A stretch of 64,000 nt of DNA from NCBI GenBank assembly GCA_963843575.1, contig CAWJKZ010000019.1:288001-352000 (forward strand), given 5' to 3'. This stretch comes from an uncultured Acidobacteriota bacterium. Its GTDB lineage: Bacteria; Acidobacteriota; UBA6911. Position numbers and translations under genes: made by a program. Positions 44,820 to 54,018 of this stretch are shown in pieces; position 1 is the first letter of the stretch, and each line of letters opens with the position of its first letter. The notes beneath the pieces are model-generated. The model was not told where the DNA came from, did not search any database, and saw only the letters and a program-made list of their open reading frames with translations.

Positions 44820-44884
44820 TGAGCCATTTTGACCGTTGTTCTGATCAATAGCGAACTGACATAGGATATCCACAAGGGTATATA
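44820..44884 (+). promoter_or_regulatory. Island promoter motif copy P12 (faces Gln-rich gene)
   Basis: TGAGCCATTTTGACC-N7-TGATCAATAGCGAAC/TGACA-N17-TATATA. Confidence 0.85.
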
Positions 44885-45030
44885 TAGAGTGCCTCCAGGA
44901 TCTGGTGGGAGGCGGACGACAGAAGTGAGAAGTTGTCTGTTTCCTACGCTGTTTGTCGTGCTCCTCGGCGCATTGCATTCCGGGGGGGCTGCATTTCATG
45001 GAGCAAGCGGATTATTAGAGGAGGGGGACA

Positions 45031-46296
45031 ATGAGAGTTATCTCGAATCGGGTTGTGTTGGTGGTTGCGATTGTCATATTGTCGTTGTCGGGAATGAGTG
45101 CGCTAACCAACGCGCAGGAAGATCAAAAACAAAAGCAAAAAAAGGAGGTACAAAAGCAGCAGAACCCCAAGCAGCAGCAGCAAAAACAACAGCTCGACAA
45201 AAAAGAGCAGCAGGCAGCGCAGCAACAAAGGGTCCAGCAACAGCAGCAAGGGAAAAACAAGCAGCAGCAGCAAGCCCAGCAGCTGGCCGAGCAGCAGCGG
45301 AATCTGCAGCAGCAGCAGGAGCAGAACAGGCAGCAGCAGCTGGCGCAGCAACAGCAGATCCAGCAACAGCAGCGGCTAGCCCAGCAGGAGCGGAATCTGC
45401 AACTGCAGCGGCAGCAGCAGGAGCAGAACAGGCAGCAGCAGCTGTCACAGCAACAGCAGGTCCAGCAACAGCAGCGGCTAGCCCAGCAGGAGCGGAATCT
45501 GCAACTGCAGCGGCAGCAGCAGGAGCAGAACAGGCAGCAGCAGCTGGCGCAGCAACAGCAGATCCAGCAACAGCAGCGGCTCGCCCAGCAGGAGCGGAAT
45601 CTGCAACTGCAGCGGCAGCAGCAGGAGCAGAACAGGCAGCAGCAGCAAGACCGGAACTGGCAAACACAGCGTACGCAGCAGCAACAGGAGCGTCTCTCAC
45701 AACAACGTCAGCAGCAACTCATTGAACAGCAGCAGCAACGCATGACGCAGTACCGTCAACATGTGGACCAGGAGCAGCGTCTCGCCCCACAGCGTATAGA
45801 ACAGCTTCAGCAGCAAAATCGGATGGCGCAATACCGTTTTCAACAACAGTACTTAGAGCGTATGCGTCAACAGCAAATGCGTTTCCAGAACGATCTCAAC
45901 CATGATTATTCCCGTGATCCGTTTTTCTACACGGCTCCGAGCTATCGATACAATCGTGGCGGCACCTACTACGAGACAAATCAATACGGCGTAGATTTGC
46001 TCCGGAAGGCCGTGAACTACGGTTACGCAGAAGGCTACAGGGCCGGACAGGCAGACCGGTCGGATCGCTGGCGTTCCAGCTACCAGGACTCCTACGCCTA
46101 TCAGGATGCAAACTACGGTTATGCCGGCTATTACGTGGACCAGGACGCTTACAACTACTACTTTCGCGAGGGCTTCCGTCGGGGATATGAAGATGGCTTC
46201 GCGCGCCGCTATCAATATGGTCGCTATTCAAACGGTAACTATAGCATCCTCGACAACATCTTAGGGGGAATTCTCACCCTATCGTCGCTTCGCTGA
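45031..46296 (+). CDS. Secreted Gln-rich repeat protein with Tyr-rich C-terminal domain
   Basis: GAGG RBS; signal peptide; about 250 aa of Q-rich sequence; C-terminal 'GYAEGYRAGQADR...FREGFRRGYEDG'. Confidence 0.85.
   Translation: MRVISNRVVLVVAIVILSLSGMSALTNAQEDQKQKQKKEVQKQQNPKQQQQKQQLDKKEQQAAQQQRVQQQQQGKNKQQQQAQQLAEQQRNLQQQQEQNRQQQLAQQQQIQQQQRLAQQERNLQLQRQQQEQNRQQQLSQQQQVQQQQRLAQQERNLQLQRQQQEQNRQQQLAQQQQIQQQQRLAQQERNLQLQRQQQEQNRQQQQDRNWQTQRTQQQQERLSQQRQQQLIEQQQQRMTQYRQHVDQEQRLAPQRIEQLQQQNRMAQYRFQQQYLERMRQQQMRFQNDLNHDYSRDPFFYTAPSYRYNRGGTYYETNQYGVDLLRKAVNYGYAEGYRAGQADRSDRWRSSYQDSYAYQDANYGYAGYYVDQDAYNYYFREGFRRGYEDGFARRYQYGRYSNGNYSILDNILGGILTLSSLR
45300..45645 (+). repeat. 102-bp (34-aa) tandem repeat, about 3.3 copies
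   Basis: GAGCAGAACAGG recurs at 45319, 45421, 45523 and 45625. Confidence 0.9.
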
Positions 46297-46479
46297 GAAG
46301 AAAAACGGTGGTGTCCTGAATCAGCGCCTGGCTCCATAGATCAAGAACAATAAGTGGGAGCCGGGCGCGCCACGTTTCGTCCCGCCATGTGACCGCGCGG
46401 CGCGCCGGCCCGCCTTTGGGCGGCATCGCAAAGTCGCGACGCGCGCACAGCGGCGTCATGTAGCGGGTATTCCTTGTAG

Positions 46480-47235
46480 CTACGTGCTGCTTCGCATCCA
46501 GTTCTTGAGAATGTCGATGGGAACCGGGAAGACCACTGTCGTATTTTTCTCTACACCGATTTCGGTCAAGGTCTGCAGGTAGCGTAACTGAAGAGCTACC
46601 GGCTCCGTGTCTATGATGCCGGCGGCTTCCGCCAGTTTTGCCGCAGCCAGGCACTCCCCGTCCGCGTGGATGATCTTGGCTCTTTTCTCGCGCTCGGCTT
46701 CGGCCTGCTTGGCCATGGCACGCTGCATTTCCTGGGGCAGATCGACCTGCTTGACCTCCACGAGACTTACCTTGATCCCCCACGCGTCGGTGTGCTGATC
46801 GAGAATTGCCTGGAGCTTGACATTGAGTGTCTCTCGCCGGCTAAGCAAATCGTCCAAATCGACCTGGCCGAGAACCGAGCGCAAGGTCGTTTGCGCCAGT
46901 TGCGAGGTTGCGTAGAGATAATTCTCGACCTCCACGACGGCCCGAGGCGCATTCATGACCCTGAAATAGATGATCGCATTAACCTTCAGGGAAACGTTGT
47001 CGCGGGAAATGATGTCTTGGGGCGGCACTTCCAGGGTTACGGTGCGCAGACTGACCCGGACCATCCTGAAGACAGGCCAGAATATGAATACCAATCCTGG
47101 GCCCAGGGCCTCTGGCAGAAGACGGCCAAGCCTGAAGGCCACGCCGCGTTCGTATTCCTTGAGGATGTTTATCGTGCTCCAGACATAGAGAACGACAACG
47201 GCTATTCCAAAGAGCCAAAACATCGTAGGATCCAT
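46480..47235 (-). CDS. SPFH/Band 7 (stomatin/slipin) protein
   Basis: '[12 protein letters not shown]', 'SRDNVS', '[10 protein letters not shown]', '[11 protein letters not shown]' and 'LQLRYLQTL'. Confidence 0.92.
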   Translation of the reverse strand: MDPTMFWLFGIAVVVLYVWSTINILKEYERGVAFRLGRLLPEALGPGLVFIFWPVFRMVRVSLRTVTLEVPPQDIISRDNVSLKVNAIIYFRVMNAPRAVVEVENYLYATSQLAQTTLRSVLGQVDLDDLLSRRETLNVKLQAILDQHTDAWGIKVSLVEVKQVDLPQEMQRAMAKQAEAEREKRAKIIHADGECLAAAKLAEAAGIIDTEPVALQLRYLQTLTEIGVEKNTTVVFPVPIDILKNWMRSST

Positions 47236-47434
47236 GATTGCCTCTGAGCAACAATGCTATCGGGTTGGCTACACAAAAAAGAACCTGCAATTCGTCGAAT
47301 TCGTCCGCTCTTGAGTTCAAAGGTGAAGTCCGGGTGGTTTGGAGATTACACGGAGGCCGTAGCACAGGCCAACGGCGGCGCGCGGTCGGCTTTGCGTGCC
47401 CGGAGGGTGCGACTCCCCTCAATTCATCCGACCT

Positions 47435-47800
47435 TCATGCCGATTTGTCCGTCACAGCCCTCGGGGCGAAGCCTGCAACCGCTGCCTGCTCATTGTCATA
47501 AACCTGGAACACGGTCAAGAGCTTCGTGATTACCAGGAGTTCCCTTATTTTCCTGGTGAGGTTCAGGAGTTTTAGCTCCCCGCCCTCTTTCGTGACCGTC
47601 GTGTACGTTCTAACCAGCTCACCAATGCCCGAGCTGTCGACATAGTTCACGTCCGTCAAGTTCAGTACGACCTTCTTTCCACCATTCGCCAGAAGGTCGC
47701 TGATGGTGTGTCGAATGTTCGCCGTGGCTTCACCCAGGGTGATCTTACCGCTGATGTCCAGAACATGAACATCCCCAACCGCACGTGCGTGTATCTCCAT
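47435..47800 (-). CDS. STAS-domain anti-sigma factor antagonist
   Basis: 'VNYVDSSGIGELV' with the conserved phosphorylatable Ser. Confidence 0.88.
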   Translation of the reverse strand: MEIHARAVGDVHVLDISGKITLGEATANIRHTISDLLANGGKKVVLNLTDVNYVDSSGIGELVRTYTTVTKEGGELKLLNLTRKIRELLVITKLLTVFQVYDNEQAAVAGFAPRAVTDKSA

Positions 47801-47843
47801 ACCTGTTTCTCTCCTTGTCTGCGAGTCCGTCGTATCCGCCGTC

Positions 47844-48737
47844 TCAGTGATATGCGGGCGTCGTTTTGTGCCGGAATTCGTCAACGCTCGATGAGTTCGG
47901 CACGCCTGCTCTTGGTCGCTTTACCTTGCTCGCAAGGCCTACCGCCTCGAGGGCACAGATGAGGTACCACCCAATGTCAGTCTGCCACCACCGCAGACCG
48001 AGGCGCGCCGATCCGGCGTTTTTGTGGTGATTTCTGTGCCAGTTTTCGCCCCACGCCGTCAATTGCAGCGGTCCGAGCCACCAGACGTTCATGCTGGAGT
48101 CCCCTTCAGTGGAGCGGCCCAGGTGAGTCAGACTGTTGACGAGACTCTGCATGTGCAGCGAATAGACCAGACGAATTGCGCCCAGCCAGAAGAAACCCTG
48201 CCATCCGAGCACGAGACCACAGCAGAGGGATAGCAGGATCACGGGAACTTCAGCAAAGGTCCAAATCTTGTACTCCCGGCGAGTCAACTCCGGGCACCAC
48301 CTTTTCCTGTCCGCCGGAGCTGACTGGTAAAGCCAGCGCAAGTGCGCCCACCAGAAGCCCCCCTGCTTAGGACTGGAGATGTCTTCCGGGGTATCCGTGC
48401 GTGCGTGATGCAGCCGGTGGTAGGCAACCCAACTGGCCGGCGCTCCCGAGCCGTTGAACATGGTCCAGAAAATAAGCAGGTGCTCAACGGCCTTGTTCAT
48501 CCTGAGAGTGCGGTGCGCCAGCATTCGATGGTAACAGACCGTCGTACCGAACCCGCCAAAGGCTGTGAGCAGGAGGGTTATGCCCAGAACCCGCATGCTG
48601 GGGAGGGGAAAGAGAATGAGACCGGCCAAAGCCAGGACGTGAATCAGCACCAGATAAAGAGCAACCCCCATCTTACCTCGGGCAGGCCTCCAGAAGGGCT
48701 GTTCCCACGGCCGAACCGCGTTAGTGGTCTTGTACAT
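47844..48737 (-). CDS. Membrane fatty-acid desaturase (delta-9 type)
   Basis: Three His boxes HRMLAH, HRLHH and HRNHH; 'GFWWAH' and 'WWQTDIGW'. Confidence 0.88.
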   Translation of the reverse strand: MYKTTNAVRPWEQPFWRPARGKMGVALYLVLIHVLALAGLILFPLPSMRVLGITLLLTAFGGFGTTVCYHRMLAHRTLRMNKAVEHLLIFWTMFNGSGAPASWVAYHRLHHARTDTPEDISSPKQGGFWWAHLRWLYQSAPADRKRWCPELTRREYKIWTFAEVPVILLSLCCGLVLGWQGFFWLGAIRLVYSLHMQSLVNSLTHLGRSTEGDSSMNVWWLGPLQLTAWGENWHRNHHKNAGSARLGLRWWQTDIGWYLICALEAVGLASKVKRPRAGVPNSSSVDEFRHKTTPAYH

Positions 48738-48795
48738 GCATGCTCCGGCTTTGTGCGAGTTCCCGCATTCGGCTCGCCAAGGCCCCTGACAATAC

Positions 48796-48860
48796 TCATT
48801 ACCCCGACGCGATTGGCCTGTCAGTTCATTACGGCTCAGTCGTATGGTCAAAATTGCTCA
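48796..48860 (-). promoter_or_regulatory. Island promoter motif copy P13 (faces desaturase)
   Basis: Minus strand: TGAGCAATTTTGACC-N7-TGAGCCGTAATGAAC/TGACA-N17-TAATGA. Confidence 0.88.
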
Positions 48861-48922
48861 TCGCGGTTTCATGAGGGCAAGTGCCGTGCTTATTGCGGCC
48901 CCGGATCTCAGGGGGCGCCGGG

Positions 48923-48969
48923 CATGCCTCCGGGCGGCGGCATGAGCGATATGTGCTGAACCGGCCGCG
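48923..48969 (+). pseudogene. Relic of a groEL 3' end
   Basis: 47 bp with 4 mismatches to 57196-57242; reads MPPGGGMSDMC* versus [11 protein letters not shown]. Confidence 0.8.
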
Positions 48970-49177
48970 GCAGGTGTCGCTGTTGGGGACTGCCGCCGGG
49001 CAGTCCCAGGAGTTTCGCCCCGGGGCCTCTAGCCGGATCGCTCACGTCCGGTTTTCAGTCCCGTGGCTTTCCCCCAAATCGGCAGCGAGGACGGCAGGTC
49101 AACAGCCCATTGCGGCCCTCTCGCCAAGTCCAAAAACGCCTGCAGTGCCTTGGTCCCTGCTGAGGCGCGCCAACCGA

Positions 49178-49242
49178 TGAGCAGTTTTGACCGGAAGCGT
49201 GAGCAAAATGGAACATACGCGCCAATGACCCATCGGTAATAT
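49178..49242 (+). promoter_or_regulatory. Island promoter motif copy P14
   Basis: TGAGCAGTTTTGACC-N7-TGAGCAAAATGGAAC/ATACG-N17-TAATAT. Confidence 0.82.
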
Positions 49243-49268
49243 CCTCTCATTAGGTCGCCGGAGGCATT

Positions 49269-49493
49269 ATGGGCGCATGCAGTTTTGACCGGTTGTTGCA
49301 GTTCATCAACGAGCGGTTGGACCTGGACGGGCAGCTTGAGGTCTACGATCACCTTGACCAATGCCCTATTTGCCGTGATGCCGTTTGCCAGCTTTTTCGT
49401 GAGCGGGATGGAGCATTCGAAACGGCAGCAGAATCTCCGGGCTGCGTACAGATGATCGCGGACGTTCTTGCAGGCATGGCGTGCCAGGCTTGA
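49269..49493 (+). CDS. Small zf-HC2 (zinc anti-sigma-like) protein
   Basis: GGAGG RBS; HxxxCxxC 'HLDQCPIC' preceded by an N-terminal Cys. Confidence 0.7.
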   Translation: MGACSFDRLLQFINERLDLDGQLEVYDHLDQCPICRDAVCQLFRERDGAFETAAESPGCVQMIADVLAGMACQA

Positions 49494-49582
49494 GGTTCAA
49501 GCCTGTGGTGCTCGAAGATACGCCTGGGACAATGGCACTTTCGGGTCGGGCCCCAGACACATATGCAGAATCCGAAGCTGTA

Positions 49583-51572
49583 ATGGAGCAAGCCCCGGCT
49601 AAGCGAATTGCGTGCAAACGCCTGACCGTAGTCCTGATCAAGCCCTCCAAGTATGATGACGAAGGCTACGTCATTCGTCATTTCCGTGGCGTCCTGCCAA
49701 GCAACACGCTGGCTTGCCTTTCGAGCCTCACCGAAGATCTGAAGCGCCGCAGGGTGCTTGGCCGCAAACTCGAAATAAGGATCCGAATCTTCGATGATAC
49801 GGTCCAGCCGATCCCTGTCGACAGGATCATTCGTTCCAACAAACTCCCTCGAAACCGGACGGTCGTCGCCCTGGTCGGTGTTCAATCCAACCAGTTTCCT
49901 CGCGCTGCCGACCTGGCCCGCCGCTTTCGTGCGGGAGGGCTGCAGGTCCTTATCGGAGGATTTCACGTCAGCGGCATCCTGGCTCTGTTTTCGGAAATCA
50001 GGCCTGAAATCCAGGAATTGATCGATCTCGGTGTCACCGTGGTGAAAGGTGAGGTGGAGGAGACGTGGGGAGATATTCTCGAGGATGCACTCCACGACAG
50101 GCTCAAACCGATCTACGACTTTCTGGACAGGAAGCCCGATCTCTCCGACAAGCCCGTGCCGATGATCCATCGCTCCTACCTGAAGCGCTTCATCACTTCA
50201 AATTTCGGTACGATCGACTGCGGCCGCGGCTGCCCCTACAACTGCAGCTTCTGCACGATCATTAACGTGCAGGGGCACAAAGTGCGCTTCCGGTCCGTTG
50301 AGACGCTGACCAGCGCCATTCGCGAAAACTATCATCGGCATGGCATCGACTACTACTTCTTCACCGACGACAACTTCGCACGGAATGCCTGCTGGCGTGA
50401 GGTTTTCGAAATGCTGGCACGCCTGCGAGCTGAAGAGGACATTTCCATCCGCTTCATGATCCAGGTGGACACACAGTCCTACAAGATCCCGGATTTCGTC
50501 GAGCTGGCTTCTCGCGCCGGCTGCACCCAGGTTTTCATCGGGATGGAGAGCATCAATCCGAGAAACCTGAAAGCCGCGGGCAAGGCCCAGAACAAGGTGC
50601 AGGAGTACAGGGAGATGATCGCGGCGTGGCATGCGGCAAAGATCGCCACGCACATCGCCTACATCATCGGTTTCCCGTTCGACACTCCCGAATCGGTTGA
50701 AGAGGACGTAAACAGCCTGAAGCAGGAACTCGGGGTGGAGCAGGTATCATTTTTCATGCTGACTGCCTCTGCCCGGCTCGCAGGATCACGCGCGCATGGT
50801 GCGCGCCGGGGAGTACATGGATCCCGATCTGAACACGTATGATTCCTTCCATGAGACCACGCGGCACCCGAACTTCGCTCCCGGTGAGTGGTATGCCACG
50901 TACCGGAAAGCCTGGCGGAGCTTCTACTCCTTTGATTACATGCGGCACGTCCTGGCGAACGCCAATCCCGAGAATTACTGGAATATCCTCCGCAATTTCA
51001 TCTGGTACAAGAACTCCGTGCAAATCGAGGGCGGCCATCCGATGATCCATGGGTTGTTCCGCATGAAAGACCGCACAGACCGCCGCCCTGGATTTCCCAT
51101 CGAATCACGTCTCAGGCACTTTGTGCGGCGTTTTCGCGATGTGCGCAGTCTCGCGCGGAAGTGGATCGCGCTGGTGCTGGAGATGGAGGAGCTTTGGCTG
51201 CAAACGCGCATCCGCAGCAAGGCCGAGCTCCGTCTTATATTCGAGTTGAAGCGGGCGCGCGAGGAGGTCAACCGCAACTTGCGGACGGCCGAACTGCAGA
51301 TCGCTCATTACCGGGCGAAAGTTCATGTGCCGGAGCTGCGCGTACCCTCCAGGCTGTCGTTGGCTTTCCGGGACCTCAATCTCGATCTGGCAAAACGGGT
51401 GACCTACTCCCGGGCGGATCTCCAAGTGTTTTGGAACAGGACCTGGAAAAGGTGGCGCCGCCGGCAGATCCTCCTCATTCGCCCGCACAGGGTATTCCTG
51501 AATTTTCTTCGCGACGCCGAGTTGCTGTTGCTGTTTGCAGTAGCGCTTCTGCGTGCCGAACAGCACTCTTGA
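49583..51572 (+). CDS. B12-binding radical SAM protein (hopanoid-methylase-like); frameshift near 50765
   Basis: 'GGFHVSG', 'GRGCPYNCSFC', 'FFTDDNF', 'FIGMESIN' and 'YIIGFP'. Continues '(P)LPGSQDH...' into ORF 50796. Start uncertain. Confidence 0.82.
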
Positions 51573-51635
51573 GCCACACCCCGGCCGGCTGACCGTGAAG
51601 GGCCGGTCCGGATTTGATCAAGAACGCAACCTTAA

Positions 51636-51783
51636 GGGCTCGCGCAAGAATTATTTCACATTTTGCTGACGGTTCCCGAGCCAACAGATCATGCAGCAAC
51701 TAACGATAGGAGATTGCTATTGACGGAGCCGTCAGCCCTCCGGGGCGCGGCGCCACAATGTGAACTTATTTCTTGCGCGAACG
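51636..51783. mobile_element. Short MITE-like element with imperfect TIRs
   Basis: GGGCTCGCGCAAGAATTATTTCACATT at the left end; AATGTGAACTTATTTCTTGCGCGA at the right end; TAA on the left flank. Confidence 0.65.
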
Positions 51784-51820
51784 TATTCTTGGGATGGAGC
51801 TGGTCACCGATTGACAACAG

Positions 51821-52127
51821 CAGAACGCGGATCTTCGCGGATTTTACGGATTCACGCGGATCGGCCGCGCCCGGCATTCCTCCCCGAGGGCCGGCGCTTC
51901 GCGCCGATGCATCAAAGCCCGGCTCCCGCAGGAAAGCGCGCGGTTGGAAGGATGCCGCTTCGATTCAAGGTCCACGTTTTCCTGCAGGAGCCGGGCTTTG
52001 ATGCGTGCCAAAGGCAGCCCTCGGGGAGGAATGCCGGGCGCGGCCTGCCAGCAGGCAGCAATCCGCGTGTATCCGCGCAAATCCGCGTCCTGGAATCGTC
52101 AGCGTATTTCTGAACACGAGTACTAAG
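51821..52127. repeat. Long nested palindromic element (ACGCGGAT family, copy C)
   Basis: Perfect 28-bp IR 51863-51890/52018-52045; inner 27-bp IR 51909-51935/51978-52004 (1 mismatch); outer CGCGGAT/ATCCGCG repeats. Confidence 0.85.
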
Positions 52128-52131
52128 CTGA

Positions 52132-52196
52132 TGAGCAATATTGCCCAGGCCGGTGATCAGTACTGCACTGACACGCGCCCCATCCGAAGCTATAAA
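52132..52196 (+). promoter_or_regulatory. Island promoter motif copy P15 (faces VWA-sortase)
   Basis: TGAGCAATATTGCCC-N7-TGATCAGTACTGCAC/TGACA-N17-TATAAA. Confidence 0.85.
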
Positions 52197-52287
52197 GACA
52201 TGTGCTTCGAGCTGTCCGCCGGACAGGGCTCAGCACGTCAGATTGGGACTAAACCTTCAGTAGGGGAATGCACGGGGAGGTGAGGTC

Positions 52288-53313
52288 GTGCGGGTTGCGG
52301 TTGTTCTGAGTTCCCGGGCTTACGCAAGGAGGAAGGGTGCCGTCGCACACCTGTGTCTGGCCGCATTATATTCCCTGATCATTTTACCCGGCATTGCGCG
52401 CGCTCAAGAGGCGCCGCCGTCGCAGAGCCAGAGCTGCCAAGGGGACCAGTATACGATAAGTGTGAGCGTTGACATGGTGGTCCTGAACGCGACTGTGGTG
52501 AATCGCAAAGGGGAGCTCGTTTCGGGACTCGGCCAGGGAGACTTTCGGGTTTACGAGGACGGACTCCTCCAAGAGGTTACGTCGTTCAGCCACGAAGACA
52601 TCCCGGTCACGGTCGGCCTGGTCGTCGACAACAGTGGAAGCATGCGGTCCAAGCGCCCCGAAGTCATTTTCGCGGCATTGGCGTTTGCCCGCTCCAGCAA
52701 TGCGGAAGACCAGATGTTCGTGGTCAGTTTCAACGAAAGCGTTTCGTTCGGCCTGCCAGACGACACGCCGTTTACGGATAAGGAGGCTCAACTGAAGGCC
52801 GCCCTGTCCAGGATTGCCGCAAACGGCAAGACGGCCCTCTACGACGCCGTGGCTGCTGCACTCGAACACCTAAAAAAGGGAAATCGGGACAAGAAGGTGC
52901 TGATCGTGATTAGTGATGGAGGCGACAACGCCAGCACGCGCAAACTTGCAGAGATCATGGCCATGGCGGCCCAGTCCGATGCCATCGTCTACACGATTGG
53001 TGTCTTCGATGAGACTGATCCCGACCGCAACCCGGGTGTGCTCAAGCAGCTTGCAAAGACCACGGGTGGCCAGGCTTTCTTTCCCGAATCTGTTAAGGAA
53101 GTCTTCCCTATTTGCAACCAGATCGCTCGTGACATTCGCAACCAGTACTCCCTCGCGTACCTGCCCAAGAATGTGAAGCAGGACGGGACTTATCGGGTCA
53201 TACAGGTAGATGCCGGGACGCCGGGCCGCAAACGTTTGTCCGTCCGCACCCGGGCCGGGTACTATGCACCACTAACACCTGAACGAGTTACGGGAGCCGG
53301 AGCGGTCCCATGA
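52288..53313 (+). CDS. VWA domain protein, acidobacterial type
   Basis: MIDAS 'VDNSGSM', 'TALYDA', 'ISDGGDNAS' and C-terminal 'VRTRAGYY'. Confidence 0.88.
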   Translation: MRVAVVLSSRAYARRKGAVAHLCLAALYSLIILPGIARAQEAPPSQSQSCQGDQYTISVSVDMVVLNATVVNRKGELVSGLGQGDFRVYEDGLLQEVTSFSHEDIPVTVGLVVDNSGSMRSKRPEVIFAALAFARSSNAEDQMFVVSFNESVSFGLPDDTPFTDKEAQLKAALSRIAANGKTALYDAVAAALEHLKKGNRDKKVLIVISDGGDNASTRKLAEIMAMAAQSDAIVYTIGVFDETDPDRNPGVLKQLAKTTGGQAFFPESVKEVFPICNQIARDIRNQYSLAYLPKNVKQDGTYRVIQVDAGTPGRKRLSVRTRAGYYAPLTPERVTGAGAVP

Positions 53314-53984
53314 AGATCCGAATTGAGGAGAGGCGACCTCTTCCGAGGCGAAATAATGTCTTCCTTTGTTGGGGCCGGCGCCTCCTTTTTCTCATCGGCG
53401 CCCTGGCGGTGGGGTACGTCAGCTTCGCTTTCGTCGATGCGAGGCTTTATCAGGCCGCTCAAGCCCGGCGATTTCAACAGGAATTGGACAGCTTGAGAGC
53501 CTCTGCCGGCAGCGAACCCACTCCCCGGTCGCCCCTGCTTCCGCCCGCCGCGAACCATGCGAGAGCTGATATCCCCGGCATCTCCGGGCGAGGAGACTCC
53601 TCGTTGGGGCGGATCGAGATAAAAACCATCGGCCTTGCGGCGATGATCCTCGAAGGTACCGATGGACGAACTCTGCGACACGCGGTAGGGCATATTCCCG
53701 GCACTCCGCTTCCGGGCCAGCAGGGGAATGTGGCCCTCACGGGGCACCGGGACACTTTTTTCAGGCCCTTGCACAATGTCCATAGGGATGACGAAATTAC
53801 CCTGACAACATTGGCAGGAATCTACCGTTATCGAGTGGACTCGACCCGAGTGGTCGAACCCGAGGACACCGAAGTGCTGGCTGATTCCAGCGATGCAGTC
53901 CTCACCCTGGTGACCTGTTATCCGTTTTATTATGTAGGCCCCGCACCCAGGAGATTTGTCGTTCGCGCCAGCCTGATTCATTGA
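53310..53984 (+). CDS. Class D-like sortase
   Basis: N-terminal TM; catalytic 'TGHRDTFF', 'LTLVTCYPF' and 'APRRFVV'; ATGA overlap with the VWA gene. Confidence 0.9.
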   Translation: MKIRIEERRPLPRRNNVFLCWGRRLLFLIGALAVGYVSFAFVDARLYQAAQARRFQQELDSLRASAGSEPTPRSPLLPPAANHARADIPGISGRGDSSLGRIEIKTIGLAAMILEGTDGRTLRHAVGHIPGTPLPGQQGNVALTGHRDTFFRPLHNVHRDDEITLTTLAGIYRYRVDSTRVVEPEDTEVLADSSDAVLTLVTCYPFYYVGPAPRRFVVRASLIH

Positions 53985-54018
53985 TTCGCCCCTGCAGCCG
54001 AGTTCGCCTCGCTTCGAG

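Noticed and set aside
44889-45725. Ala-rich and Leu-rich ORFs overlapping the Gln-rich gene
   Set aside because: Alternative-frame shadows of CAG repeats; only the 45031 frame has an RBS, a signal peptide and a unique C-terminal domain.
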